Positions 17,441 through 27,075 are shown, counted from the first letter of the stretch. The stretch: 37,205 nt of DNA from a virus (IMGVR_UViG_2711768063_000004:1-37205), one strand, 5' to 3'. Numbers and translations are program-made. The notes: generated by a model not told the origin, from the sequence alone.

Positions 17441-17456
17441 TGGAGCACAAAACCCG

Positions 17457-18515
17457 ATGAAGAAGAATACCCGCTTTGCTTTTAACGCTTACCTGCAGCA
17501 GCTGGCGCGTCTGAACGGTGTGGCAGTTGAAGAACTGTCCAGCAAATTCACTGTGGAGCCGTCTGTGCAGCAGACGCTGGAGGACCAGATCCAGCAGTCC
17601 GCCGCTTTCCTGACGCTGATTAACGTCACGCCAGTGACTGAGCAGTCCGGTCAGCTGCTGGGGCTGGGTGTTGGCAGCACCATTGCCGGAACCACTGACA
17701 CCACCGCGAAAGAGCGTGAACCCGTCGATCCGACCCTGATGGTCGATGTGGAATATAAATGCGAGCAGACCAACTTTGACACGGTGCTGACCTACGCGAA
17801 GCTGGATCTGTGGGCGAAGTTTCAGGATTTCCAGGTGCGCATCCGTGACGCCATCGTGAAACGTCAGGCACTGGACCGCATCATGATCGGCTTTAACGGC
17901 GTGAAGCGTGCGAAAACCTCCAACCGTAGCGAAAACCCGCTGCTGCAGGATGTGAACAAAGGCTGGCTGCAGAAAATCCGTGAGGATGCACCGGATCACG
18001 TCATGGGCAGCACCACCACGGGCGGTGAAACCACTCCGGGTGCGGTGAAAGTCGGGAAAGGTGGCGAATATGCCAACCTGGACGCTGTGGTGATGGATGC
18101 CGTCAATGAGCTTATCGACGTGGTTTACCAGGGCGATGACGATCTGGTGGTGATTTGCGGTCGTGAACTGTTGTCTGACAAGTATTTCCCGCTGGTCAAC
18201 AAAGAGCAGGAAAACAGTGAAAAACTGGCTGCCGATATGATCATCAGCCAGAAACGCATGGGTGGCCTGCAGGCCGTGCGTGCGCCGTTCTTCCCACCGA
18301 ATGCGCTGCTGATCACCCGTCTGGATAACCTGTCCATCTACTGGCAGGAAGACACCCGCCGCCGTTCAGTTATCGACAACCCGAAACGTGACCGGATTGA
18401 AAACTTTGAATCCGTTAATGAAGCCTATGTGGTTGAGGACTACCGCTGCGCCGCACTGGTGGAAAACATCCAGATTGGTGATTTCAGCGCCGCCGCAGCC
18501 GAAACCGGAGCGTAA
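17457..18515 (+). CDS. N: Major capsid protein (P2 gpN family)
   Basis: 352 aa; FxFNAYL near the N-terminus and extensive motifs shared with P2 gpN as recalled (KLDLWAKFQDFQVRIRDAIVKRQ, MIGFNGVKRA, VGKGGEYANLDA). Confidence 0.85.
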   Translation: MKKNTRFAFNAYLQQLARLNGVAVEELSSKFTVEPSVQQTLEDQIQQSAAFLTLINVTPVTEQSGQLLGLGVGSTIAGTTDTTAKEREPVDPTLMVDVEYKCEQTNFDTVLTYAKLDLWAKFQDFQVRIRDAIVKRQALDRIMIGFNGVKRAKTSNRSENPLLQDVNKGWLQKIREDAPDHVMGSTTTGGETTPGAVKVGKGGEYANLDAVVMDAVNELIDVVYQGDDDLVVICGRELLSDKYFPLVNKEQENSEKLAADMIISQKRMGGLQAVRAPFFPPNALLITRLDNLSIYWQEDTRRRSVIDNPKRDRIENFESVNEAYVVEDYRCAALVENIQIGDFSAAAAETGA

Positions 18516-18518
18516 TCC

Positions 18519-19169
18519 ATGAGCCTGAGTCCCGCACGGCAGCATCGCCTGCGCGTTCAGGCTGAACAGGCCGCCCGCGAGGGCGGCAGTGTTCGCCACG
18601 CATCGGGCTATGACCTGATGCTGCTGCAACTGGCGGAAGACCGCCGCCGTCTCAAGGGCGTTCAGTCCACGGTCAAAAAAGCGGAAATCAAGGTGGAGCT
18701 GCTGCCGAAGTACGCCGCCTGGGCAGAGGGTGTCCTGGCTGCCGGAGGCGCTCAACAGGATGACGTGCTGATGTACGTGATGCTGTGGCGCATTGATGCC
18801 GGATATTATGCCGGGGCGCTGGAGATCGGGCGTCATGCCCTGCGTCATGGCTGGGTGATGCCGCTGGGTAACCGCAACGTGCAGACCGTGCTGGCAGAGG
18901 AAATGGCAGACGCCGCGCAGAGCGCAATGCTTGCCGCCACCGGCTTTGATGCCGATCTGTTGTTGCAGACGCTGGAGCTGACAGACGGTCTGGATATGCC
19001 GGACCAGTCACGGGCGCGTCTGCATAAAGCGATTGGCGCTGTCCTGAGTGAAAGCAATCCGGCTTCCGCCCTTAATCATCTCAACCATGCGTTACAGCTT
19101 GATCCCCGCTGTGGCGTGAAAAAAGACAAACAGCAGCTGGAGCGCAGACTGCGCAATGACAGCCGCTGA
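18519..19169 (+). CDS. M: Terminase small/endonuclease subunit (P2 gpM family)
   Basis: 216 aa; position after N. Confidence 0.7.
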   Translation: MSLSPARQHRLRVQAEQAAREGGSVRHASGYDLMLLQLAEDRRRLKGVQSTVKKAEIKVELLPKYAAWAEGVLAAGGAQQDDVLMYVMLWRIDAGYYAGALEIGRHALRHGWVMPLGNRNVQTVLAEEMADAAQSAMLAATGFDADLLLQTLELTDGLDMPDQSRARLHKAIGAVLSESNPASALNHLNHALQLDPRCGVKKDKQQLERRLRNDSR

Positions 19170-19264
19170 CAGAACGTGCCCCCGCGCACGGGCGGCACGG
19201 GGTGGCGAAAGGCACTACCACATCAAAACCCCGTCCACCGCCCTCTATTTCAGGAGAAAGCAGC

Positions 19265-19729
19265 ATGAAGTTTGTTGCGCCAGAACAGGCACCGGAACAG
19301 GCGGAAATCATCAGAAATACGCCGTTCTGGCCTGATGTGGACCTGTCGGAGTTTCGCAGCGTGATGCGCACTGACGGCACGGTGACGCAGCCGCGTTTAA
19401 AGCAGGTTGCGCTGTCGGCAATTTCGGAGGTCAACGCAGAGCTGTATGAGTTTCGCAGACGTCAGCAGATGCTGGGGTATGCCTCGCTGGCTGAGGTTCC
19501 GGCTGAACAGCTGGACGGCAAAAGTGAGCGCATTCATCACTATTTCAACGCGGTTTACTGCTGGGCACGCGCCATGCTCAACGAGCGTTATCAGGACTAT
19601 GACGCCACGGCATCCGGTGTGAAGCGGGGCGAGGAACTGGCGGAAGCAAGCGGTGATTTGTGGCGTGACGCCCGCTGGGCCATCAGCCGGGTGCAGGATG
19701 CGCCGCACTGCACAGTGGAGCTTATCTGA
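19265..19729 (+). CDS. L: Head completion/stabilisation protein (P2 gpL family)
   Basis: Start taken at the internal ATG after an AGGAG ribosome-binding site; 154 aa. Confidence 0.7.
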   Translation: MKFVAPEQAPEQAEIIRNTPFWPDVDLSEFRSVMRTDGTVTQPRLKQVALSAISEVNAELYEFRRRQQMLGYASLAEVPAEQLDGKSERIHHYFNAVYCWARAMLNERYQDYDATASGVKRGEELAEASGDLWRDARWAISRVQDAPHCTVELI

Positions 19730-19932
19730 TGAAAGTGCGTGCGTATCAGTATGACACGGTGGACGCGCTTTGCTGGCGTCATTACGGGCGCACGCAGGGT
19801 GTCACGGAGCAGGTACTGAAGGCAAATCCGGGGCTTGCCGAATACGGCCCCTTTTTACCTCACGGGCTGCAGGTGGAGCTGCCGGACATACCGACAACCA
19901 CTACCGTGCAGACCGTCCAGCTATGGGACTGA
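19729..19932 (+). CDS. X: Tail protein X (LysM-like)
   Basis: 67 aa; MKVRAYQYDTVDALCWRHYGRT...ANPGLAE...LPHG..VELPD matches P2 gpX as recalled. Confidence 0.8.
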   Translation: MKVRAYQYDTVDALCWRHYGRTQGVTEQVLKANPGLAEYGPFLPHGLQVELPDIPTTTTVQTVQLWD

Positions 19933-19935
19933 ATT

Positions 19936-20151
19936 ATGACGCTTGAGCGAATCAGCGCCTTTATCACGTATTGCATCGCCGTCGTGCTGGCCTGGCTGGG
20001 CGATTTGTCCATCAAGGATGCCTCAACGCTGGGCGGCCTGATGATTGGTGTGCTGATGCTGGCTATCAACTGGTACTACAAACACAAAGCCTACCAGCTT
20101 CTGCGCGACGGGCAGATCTCGCGGGAGGACTATGAATCCATCAATCGTTAA
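19936..20151 (+). CDS. Y: Holin (gpY-like)
   Basis: 71 aa with two hydrophobic helices, immediately upstream of the endolysin. Confidence 0.6.
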   Translation: MTLERISAFITYCIAVVLAWLGDLSIKDASTLGGLMIGVLMLAINWYYKHKAYQLLRDGQISREDYESINR

Positions 20152-20644
20152 ACGCTGCCTTGTCGGGGCCGTGCTGGCTATTGCTGCCACGCTGCCGGGT
20201 TTTCAGCAGCTTCACACCTCCGTGGAGGGGCTGAAACTGATTGCTGATTACGAAGGCTGTCGTCTGCAGCCGTATCAGTGCAGCGCGGGTGTCTGGACCG
20301 ACGGCATTGGTAATACATCGGGCGTCATCCCGGGCAAAACCATTACGGAACGACAGGCAGCAAAAGGGCTGATCTCCAACGTGCTGCGTGTGGAGCGGGC
20401 GCTGGAAAGGTGTGTGAAGCAACAGCCGCCGCAGAAGGTGTATGACGCTGCGGTGTCGTTTGCCTTCAACGTGGGAACGGGCAATGCCTGCAGTTCCACA
20501 CTGGTGAAATTACTCAATCAGCGGCGCTGGGCGGATGCGTGCCGACAGTTGCCGCGCTGGGTTTATGTAAAAGGTGTTTTTAATCAGGGGCTGGATAACC
20601 GCCGTGCGCGGGAGATGGCCTGGTGCTTACAGGGAGCAAACTGA
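20132..20644 (+). CDS. K: Endolysin, lysozyme family (gpK-like), probable signal-anchor-release (SAR) N-terminus
   Basis: 170 aa; Gly/Ala-rich hydrophobic N-terminus (CLVGAVLAIAATLPGF) followed by EGCRLQPYQC...GVWTDGIGNT. Confidence 0.75.
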   Translation: MNPSIVKRCLVGAVLAIAATLPGFQQLHTSVEGLKLIADYEGCRLQPYQCSAGVWTDGIGNTSGVIPGKTITERQAAKGLISNVLRVERALERCVKQQPPQKVYDAAVSFAFNVGTGNACSSTLVKLLNQRRWADACRQLPRWVYVKGVFNQGLDNRRAREMAWCLQGAN

Positions 20645-20645
20645 A

Positions 20646-21023
20646 ATGAAAAAGAAATTAATCAGCGGACTGTTTCTGATGTTATGGATGGCGCTGTTAA
20701 TCGCAGCAATGGTGTATCCGCAGGGGATTTTTCCGGTCATGGCAGCGTCCGGTGTTTGGGTAGCCTGTCTGCTGACATGGGGGGCAATTACGGTAGCACT
20801 GGCTGCGTTAATTAAGAATGGCCCGCTCTGGCAGGAGTTAAGGGCATCTTTGCTGAAGACAATTACCCGAAAAGAAAACGTATTTATCAGCTGGGTGATG
20901 CGATTGCTGATTGTCGTCAGTCTCGCCTGGACGGGGTGGGCTATTACCCTTGTCTTTTATCTACTGACCGTTATTGCCTTCTGGATCACCCGTAATCAGA
21001 TGGCGCAACAGGTAGCAGCATGA
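20646..21023 (+). CDS. lysA: LysA-like lysis accessory membrane protein
   Basis: Start taken at the internal ATG just after the K stop; 125 aa with multiple transmembrane helices. Confidence 0.6.
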   Translation: MKKKLISGLFLMLWMALLIAAMVYPQGIFPVMAASGVWVACLLTWGAITVALAALIKNGPLWQELRASLLKTITRKENVFISWVMRLLIVVSLAWTGWAITLVFYLLTVIAFWITRNQMAQQVAA

Positions 21024-21448
21024 ACCGGTTGCTGCTGGTTGTGCTGGCGTTATTACTGGCGGCGCTGGGCTGGCAGACGTGGCGGCTGGCTGATGCCAGC
21101 CAGACCATCAGCACGCAGGCAGACGAGCTTCGGAGCAAAAGCCAGGCACTGGCAAAGAGCAACAGCCAGCTTATCAGCCTGTCCATTCTGACTGAAGCCA
21201 ATAACCGGGAGCAGGCGCGGCTCTATGCCGAAGCAGAACAGACCAGTGTACTGCTGAGACAACGACAACACCGGATTGAGGAACTGAAACGTGAGAACGA
21301 GGATTTACGCCGCTGGGCTGATACTCCTTTGCCTGCTGATATTATCCGGCTGCGGGAACGCCCCACACTCACCAGAGGTGCAGCTTACCGTCAGTGGTTG
21401 TCCGCGAGTGACGCCGTGTCGGCTGGGGCAGGCAGCGCCGCGCACTAA
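21020..21448 (+). CDS. lysB: LysB, Rz-like inner-membrane spanin
   Basis: 142 aa; N-terminal transmembrane helix followed by a charged, coiled-coil-like region. Confidence 0.7.
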   Translation: MNRLLLVVLALLLAALGWQTWRLADASQTISTQADELRSKSQALAKSNSQLISLSILTEANNREQARLYAEAEQTSVLLRQRQHRIEELKRENEDLRRWADTPLPADIIRLRERPTLTRGAAYRQWLSASDAVSAGAGSAAH

Positions 21449-21581
21449 CGGTGACCTGAACGCGTTGCTGGATGAAACGGAGGCCGCCTGGGCGGTCTGT
21501 GCAGACAAAGTGGACATGATTATTGCGTGTCAGGAGCGAAACAGTGAACAAACCAAAATCCCTGCGCCACGCCCTCAATAA
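21291..21581 (+). CDS. lysC: LysC, Rz1-like outer-membrane lipoprotein spanin, overlapping lysB in another frame
   Basis: 96 aa; lipoprotein signal with lipobox (LLILSGC); starts inside lysB and extends past it, the P2 lysB/lysC arrangement. Confidence 0.65.
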   Translation: MRTRIYAAGLILLCLLILSGCGNAPHSPEVQLTVSGCPRVTPCRLGQAAPRTNGDLNALLDETEAAWAVCADKVDMIIACQERNSEQTKIPAPRPQ

Positions 21582-21975
21582 AGCGGTGCCTTATGTCCGC
21601 AATAACCCGGACAAACTGCATCTGTTTGTGGATAACGGTTCGCTGGTTGCCACGGGGGCCTGCTCCATGTCATGGGAGTACCGCTATACCCTGAACGTGG
21701 TGATAGAGGATTTCAGCGGCGACCAAAATCTGCTGATGGCCCCGGTTTTACTGTGGCTTCGGGATAACCAGCCCGATGCCATCAATAACCCGGCGTTACG
21801 GGAAAAGCTATTCACCTTTGAGGTGGATATTTTGCGCAACGATGTCTGTGATATCAGCCTTAACCTGCAACTGACGGAACGTGTGCTGGTCAGTACTGAC
21901 GGCAGTGTGTCGAGCGTTGAAGCTGTAGCAGAACCCGATGAATCTGAAGAAATGTGGACGGTGAAACGTGGCTGA
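21523..21975 (+). CDS. R: Tail completion protein (P2 gpR family)
   Basis: VFVDNGSL...RYTLNVV...WLRDNQPD resembles P2 gpR; the true start may be GTG at 21544. Confidence 0.7.
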   Translation: MRVRSETVNKPKSLRHALNKAVPYVRNNPDKLHLFVDNGSLVATGACSMSWEYRYTLNVVIEDFSGDQNLLMAPVLLWLRDNQPDAINNPALREKLFTFEVDILRNDVCDISLNLQLTERVLVSTDGSVSSVEAVAEPDESEEMWTVKRG

Positions 21976-22414
21976 ACTGCAGAAGGTGGACGACTGGCTG
22001 AGTGCCTTGCTGGCGAATCTGGAACCAGTCACGAGAAGCCGCATGATGCGCCAGCTGGCGCAGGAACTGCGCCGGACACAGCAGCAGAATATCAGGATGC
22101 AGCGCAATCCAGATGGCAGCAGTTATGAACCGCGCAGGGTAACAGCACGCAGCAAAAAAGGCCGCATCAAACGTCAGATGTTTGCAAAGCTGCGCACCAC
22201 AAAATACCTGAAAACTGCCGCCAGCGCCGGCTCTGCCAGCGTACAGTTTGAAGGCAAGGTGCAGCGTATTGCCCGTGTTCACCATTACGGCCTGCGTGAT
22301 CGCGTCAGTCGCAAAGGACCGGAGGTCCGTTACGCAGAGCGCCGCCTGCTGGGTGTAAATGATGATGTTGAGGCAATGACCCGCGACATGATTCTGCAAT
22401 GGCTGGCGGGGTGA
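21968..22414 (+). CDS. S: Tail completion protein (P2 gpS family)
   Basis: 148 aa; overlaps the R stop. Confidence 0.7.
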   Translation: MAELQKVDDWLSALLANLEPVTRSRMMRQLAQELRRTQQQNIRMQRNPDGSSYEPRRVTARSKKGRIKRQMFAKLRTTKYLKTAASAGSASVQFEGKVQRIARVHHYGLRDRVSRKGPEVRYAERRLLGVNDDVEAMTRDMILQWLAG

Positions 22415-22418
22415 TCTT

Positions 22419-22436
22419 TGTATCAGCACTGATACA
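22419..22436. promoter_or_regulatory. Ogr/Delta-type late promoter activator site upstream of V
   Basis: TGTATCAGCACTGATACA, a near-perfect 18-bp palindrome of TGT-N12-ACA form, in the S-V intergenic region. Confidence 0.6.
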
Positions 22437-22482
22437 AGTTGCAGCACTGCCGCCTTTCTTCCCCTGATGGCAACCTTTCCCT

Positions 22483-23061
22483 ATGAACGCACAATTAACC
22501 GAAATCATGCGCCTTATCACCAACCTGATCCGCACTGGGGTAGTCACCGAAGTGGACAGGGAAAACTGGCTTTGCCGGGTGAAAACGGGCGAGCTTGAAA
22601 CCAACTGGATCAGCTGGCTGACGCTGCGTGCCGGGAATGCCCGCACATGGTGGCGACCATCGGAAGGTGAGCAGGTGGTGCTGCTGAGTCTGGGCGGCAA
22701 TCTGGAAACCGCCTTTGCGTTACCCGCCATCTATTCGAATCAGTTCGCGCCACCGTCGACGTCGGCGGACGCCTGCGTGACAGAACATCCTGACGGTGGC
22801 TGGTTTGAATACGAACCCGCCACCGGGCGCTGGTATATCAGTGGCATCAAATCAATGGTCATTGAGGCCGCTGACAACATCACCCTGAAAACCAGTGAGT
22901 TTGTACTGGAGGCTGACCGCACGCGCATTAACAGCGAAGTGGTGATCAATGGTGGCGTTACCCAGGGCGGCGGAGCGATGAGTTCTAACGGGATCGTGGT
23001 TGATGCGCATCAGCATACTGGCGTCCTGAAAGGCGGCGACACAACCGGAGGCCCGGTATGA
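22483..23061 (+). CDS. V: Baseplate spike protein (P2 gpV family)
   Basis: 192 aa; several motifs shared with P2 gpV as recalled (C-terminal HxH...GGxTGxP). Confidence 0.75.
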   Translation: MNAQLTEIMRLITNLIRTGVVTEVDRENWLCRVKTGELETNWISWLTLRAGNARTWWRPSEGEQVVLLSLGGNLETAFALPAIYSNQFAPPSTSADACVTEHPDGGWFEYEPATGRWYISGIKSMVIEAADNITLKTSEFVLEADRTRINSEVVINGGVTQGGGAMSSNGIVVDAHQHTGVLKGGDTTGGPV

Positions 23062-23417
23062 CGCTTTATAGCGGGATGAACAATACCAGCGGTAAAGCCA
23101 TTACTGATATTGACCATCTGCGCCAGTCGGTGCGGGACATTCTGCTGACGCCGCAGGGTAGCCGCATTGCTCGTCGTGAATATGGTTCCCTGCTGTCGGC
23201 ACTGATAGACCAGCCACAAAATCCGGCGTTACGCCTGCAGGTCATGTCGGCAGTGTATGTGGCGCTGAGTCGCTGGGAGCCACGGCTGACGCTGGATTCC
23301 ATCACCATCAACAGCAATTTTGACGGTTCAATGGTGGTGGCGCTGAGCGGGCGGCGTAATAACGGTGTGCCTGTTTCCCTTTCCGTATCAACAGGAGCAG
23401 AGAATGGCAGTGATTGA
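23058..23417 (+). CDS. W: Baseplate wedge protein (P2 gpW, gp25-like)
   Basis: 119 aa; synteny V-W-J. Confidence 0.7.
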   Translation: MTLYSGMNNTSGKAITDIDHLRQSVRDILLTPQGSRIARREYGSLLSALIDQPQNPALRLQVMSAVYVALSRWEPRLTLDSITINSNFDGSMVVALSGRRNNGVPVSLSVSTGAENGSD

Positions 23418-24312
23418 CCTTTCGCAGTTGCCTGCGCCGCAGATTGTGGATGTGCCGGACTTTGAGACGCTGCTTGCTGAACGCAAGGCAGAATTTGTGG
23501 CGCTTCATCCGAAAGATGAGCAGGAAGCAGTAATGCGTACGCTGGAGCTTGAATCTGAACCCGTCACTAAATTGTTGCAGGAGAACGCTTACCGTGAATT
23601 GCTTCTGCGTCAGCGCATTAACGAAGCCGCGCAGGCGGTGATGGTGGCTTACGCGATTGGCGGAGACCTTGACCAAATTGCTGCCAACTACAACGTGAAA
23701 CGCCTGACGGTGACACCTGCTGATGATGACGCTGTACCGCCTGTTGCGGCTGTGATGGAAAGTGATGAAGCGTTACGCCTGCGTGTGCCTGCAGCCTTTG
23801 AAGGACTTTCAGTTGCGGGGCCAACTGCAGCTTATGAATTTCATGCCCGAAGCGCCGACGGTCGGGTGGCGGATGCCAGTGCAACCAGTCCGGCACCTGC
23901 AGAGGTGGTGCTGACTGTCCTGAGTCGCGAAGGCGACGGAACTGCAGAAAAAGACTTACTGGACGTGGTGGAGAAAGCCCTGAACAGTGAGAACGTCCGC
24001 CCGGTGGCTGACCGTCTGACGGTTCGCAGCGCAGAAATCATCCCGTACCGTGTGGAAGCCACCATTTTTCTCTATCCGGGACCGGAAGCAGAGCCGGTAA
24101 TGGCAGCGGCAAAAGCCAGCCTGCAGAAGTACATCGCCAGTCAGACGCGTCTTGGTCGGGATATTCGCCGTAGCGCCATCTTTGCCGCCCTGCATGTTGA
24201 GGGTGTGCAGCGTGTGGAGCTGGCTTCTCCTCTGGCGGATGTGGTCCTGAACAAAACACAGGCGGCATCATGTACGCAGTGGAGCGTAACCAACGGAGGA
24301 ACGGATGAATAG
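23404..24312 (+). CDS. J: Baseplate wedge protein (P2 gpJ family)
   Basis: Start taken at the internal ATG after an AGGAG ribosome-binding site; 302 aa, the P2 gpJ length as recalled. Confidence 0.75.
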   Translation: MAVIDLSQLPAPQIVDVPDFETLLAERKAEFVALHPKDEQEAVMRTLELESEPVTKLLQENAYRELLLRQRINEAAQAVMVAYAIGGDLDQIAANYNVKRLTVTPADDDAVPPVAAVMESDEALRLRVPAAFEGLSVAGPTAAYEFHARSADGRVADASATSPAPAEVVLTVLSREGDGTAEKDLLDVVEKALNSENVRPVADRLTVRSAEIIPYRVEATIFLYPGPEAEPVMAAAKASLQKYIASQTRLGRDIRRSAIFAALHVEGVQRVELASPLADVVLNKTQAASCTQWSVTNGGTDE

Positions 24313-24910
24313 TCTGCTGCCACCGGGTTCAACACCACTGGAGCGCCGACTGGCGCAAACCTGCAGCGGGATTTCTGATCTGCAGGTGCCGCTTCGTGAC
24401 TTGTGGAATCCGGCAACCTGTCCGGTCAGTTTCCTGCCTTATCTCGCCTGGGCGTTCTCTGTGGATCGCTGGGACGAGGGCTGGACAGAAAGCGTCAAGC
24501 GCCAGGTGGTGAAGGATGCTTTTTATATTCATCAGCATAAAGGGACCACCAGTGCCGTGCGGCGGGTGGTGGAGCCGTTCGGCTTTCTGATCCGCATTAT
24601 TGAGTGGTGGCAAACCGGAGAGGCACCGGGCACGTTTCGCCTGGATATCGGCGTGCAGGACCAGGGCATCACTGAAGATACCTATCTGGAACTTGAGCGA
24701 CTGATAAGCGATGCCAAACCATGTAGCCGCCACATGATCGGCATGTCCATCAATCTGCAGACCAGCGGCCCGCATTGGGTGGGAGCCGCCAGCTATCTTG
24801 GCGAAGAAATCACGATCTATCCGTATATCAACGAAACGATTATTTCCGGTGGCACCGCGCATGAAGGCGGGGCGGTCCATGTTATTGACACAATGAGAGT
24901 GAATCCATGA
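24305..24910 (+). CDS. I: Baseplate protein (P2 gpI family)
   Basis: 201 aa; synteny J-I-H. Confidence 0.7.
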   Translation: MNSLLPPGSTPLERRLAQTCSGISDLQVPLRDLWNPATCPVSFLPYLAWAFSVDRWDEGWTESVKRQVVKDAFYIHQHKGTTSAVRRVVEPFGFLIRIIEWWQTGEAPGTFRLDIGVQDQGITEDTYLELERLISDAKPCSRHMIGMSINLQTSGPHWVGAASYLGEEITIYPYINETIISGGTAHEGGAVHVIDTMRVNP

Positions 24911-26637
24911 GCACAAAATTTTATACCCTGCTGACGGATATTGGCGCGGCGAAACTTGCCAGCGCCGCCGCGCTCGGTGTGCCGCTAAAAATTACCCATA
25001 TGGCGGTGGGCGATGGCGGCGGAGCATTGCCGACGCCGGACGCAAAGCAGACGGCATTGGTAAATGAGAAACGCCGGGCTGCGCTGAATATGCTCTATAT
25101 CGACCCGCAGAACAGCAGCCAGATTATTGCTGAACAGGTGATCCCTGAAAACGAGGGCGGTTGGTGGATACGTGAAGTGGGCCTGTTTGATGAGTCAGGG
25201 GCATTGATTGCCGTGGGGAACTGCCCGGAAAGCTATAAACCGCAACTGGCTGAAGGCAGCGGGCGTACCCAGACCGTGCGCATGGTGCTGATTACCAGCA
25301 GCACGGACAATATCACCCTGAAAATCGACCCTGCTGTCGTGCTGGCAACCCGTCATTATGTAGATCAACAAATAGAGATTCATGAGCAATCGCGCCGCCA
25401 TCCTTCTGCGTCTTTGACAGAAAAGGGATTTGTACGTCTGTATAGCGGTGTGGAAAGCAATGATGAAACAGTCGCTGCAACGCCAAAAGCAGTGAAAATA
25501 GCGATGGATAATGCCAGCGCCAGACTGGCAAAAGACCGCAATGGTTCTGATATTCCCAATCCGGCACTGTTTGTTCAGAATCTGGGATTGAAAACGACTG
25601 TTGATAAAGCTGCATCAGCGATTCAGCCAGGAGATTATGGAATTGGCCTGGCTTATCTGAAAACCATGGGAACCAAATCGCAATTTTTTGCTTATGGTAC
25701 AGCTGTCGGCTATCCAGAAGTGCCAACACATGGTGCTGGTTTCCAGGCCTGTTACAACGACAATCGACGTGCACAAATTTATGTCGCTAATGATGGCAAG
25801 ATGTACTGTCGATTCAGCATGTTATCGAAAATTGCCGATGATGAAACACCGTGGAATCAGGTGTTCACCAGTGCACATTATCCAGAAGCATCAGTGAGTG
25901 TTAAAGGAATGGTGCAACTGGGGAACGATGTAAACAGCGTGTCAGAAAATGTTGCGGCGACATTGAAAGCGGTAAAAATTGCGATGGACAACGCCAGCGC
26001 GAGACTGGCAAAGGACCGCAATGGTGCTGATATTCCTGACCCGACTTTGTTTATTCAGAATCTGGGACTTAAACCGACGGTTGATAAGGCTGAAAGTGCT
26101 CTACAACAGGGAGCATACGGAATCGGTAGCAATAATAACTACGAAATGGGTGAGGTTTCACAGTTTCTTGCATATTCAGGTAATGCAGATGAAGTACCAT
26201 CGAATGGTGCAGGTTTTCAGGCTGCGTATAACAAGAACAGACGCGCGCAGATTTTCATCACCGGAGCAGGGGAAATGTATCACCGTTTCAGCGGCTCTGA
26301 TACGGTTAAAGACAATACAACACTATGGCGTCGGGGTGTTTGTGAAGATGAATTTTCATTTGGCAGCAATTATCACCGAATAACTGGCGGTGTGCTGAAG
26401 CAGTTTTTTAACAGTTATTTTTCCGGGGCAACGGGTGTGGTGAATAAAGAGTATCAGGTGAATTTTCCGACACCATTTGCCCGTCAGTGCTGGTACGTGA
26501 TCCCCGTTTTCCGTTCGTCACACGGTGGGAGTGTTGAGGGTGTCGCCATTACAGCTATTACTGCAACTGGCTTTACTCTGAGCATCACCGGAGATAACGG
26601 TGGATGGAATATTGGGTTTATTGCGGAGGGGGTCTGA
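24907..26637 (+). CDS. H: Tail fiber protein (P2 gpH family) with internally duplicated distal module
   Basis: 576 aa; N-terminal region matches P2 gpH as recalled (MS.KF.T..T..GAAKLA...MAVGDGGG...SYKP.LAEGSGR); two diverged copies of a ~115-130 aa module beginning AATPKAVKIAMDNASARLAKDRNG. Confidence 0.8.
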   Translation: MSTKFYTLLTDIGAAKLASAAALGVPLKITHMAVGDGGGALPTPDAKQTALVNEKRRAALNMLYIDPQNSSQIIAEQVIPENEGGWWIREVGLFDESGALIAVGNCPESYKPQLAEGSGRTQTVRMVLITSSTDNITLKIDPAVVLATRHYVDQQIEIHEQSRRHPSASLTEKGFVRLYSGVESNDETVAATPKAVKIAMDNASARLAKDRNGSDIPNPALFVQNLGLKTTVDKAASAIQPGDYGIGLAYLKTMGTKSQFFAYGTAVGYPEVPTHGAGFQACYNDNRRAQIYVANDGKMYCRFSMLSKIADDETPWNQVFTSAHYPEASVSVKGMVQLGNDVNSVSENVAATLKAVKIAMDNASARLAKDRNGADIPDPTLFIQNLGLKPTVDKAESALQQGAYGIGSNNNYEMGEVSQFLAYSGNADEVPSNGAGFQAAYNKNRRAQIFITGAGEMYHRFSGSDTVKDNTTLWRRGVCEDEFSFGSNYHRITGGVLKQFFNSYFSGATGVVNKEYQVNFPTPFARQCWYVIPVFRSSHGGSVEGVAITAITATGFTLSITGDNGGWNIGFIAEGV

Positions 26638-27071
26638 TGAGTTATTTTTACAGTCCATCAAGAAATGCATTTTATAACAGTGAACTGAAATCTGATTATT
26701 ACGATGCTCTCGATGCGTGGCCGGATGACTGTATTGAGGTAAGTGATGCAGTCTATCAGGAGTTTTATCTTGGTTATCGGGAAGGGTACAAAATGGTTGC
26801 AGGCACTGATAACCAGCCATCATGGGAAGAACGTCCACCATTGACCTATGAGGAACAGGTGGAACAGGCAGAAATGATGAAACAGATGCGCATTAATGAG
26901 GCTAACAACCTGATTAATGAAAAACAATGGCCATCAAAATTACAGCTTGGCAGGCTGAACGAAATGGAGACAGCCAGATTTAATGCGATGCTGGATTATC
27001 TTGAGTTACTTGAAAATATTAATGTAAGTGATGCCCCGGATATAGTCTGGCCTTTATCACCAGAAGTCTGA
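26637..27071 (+). CDS. G: Tail fiber assembly chaperone (P2 gpG family)
   Basis: Start overlaps the H stop (TGATG); 144 aa; positioned after H. Confidence 0.65.
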   Translation: MSYFYSPSRNAFYNSELKSDYYDALDAWPDDCIEVSDAVYQEFYLGYREGYKMVAGTDNQPSWEERPPLTYEEQVEQAEMMKQMRINEANNLINEKQWPSKLQLGRLNEMETARFNAMLDYLELLENINVSDAPDIVWPLSPEV

Positions 27072-27075
27072 ATAC

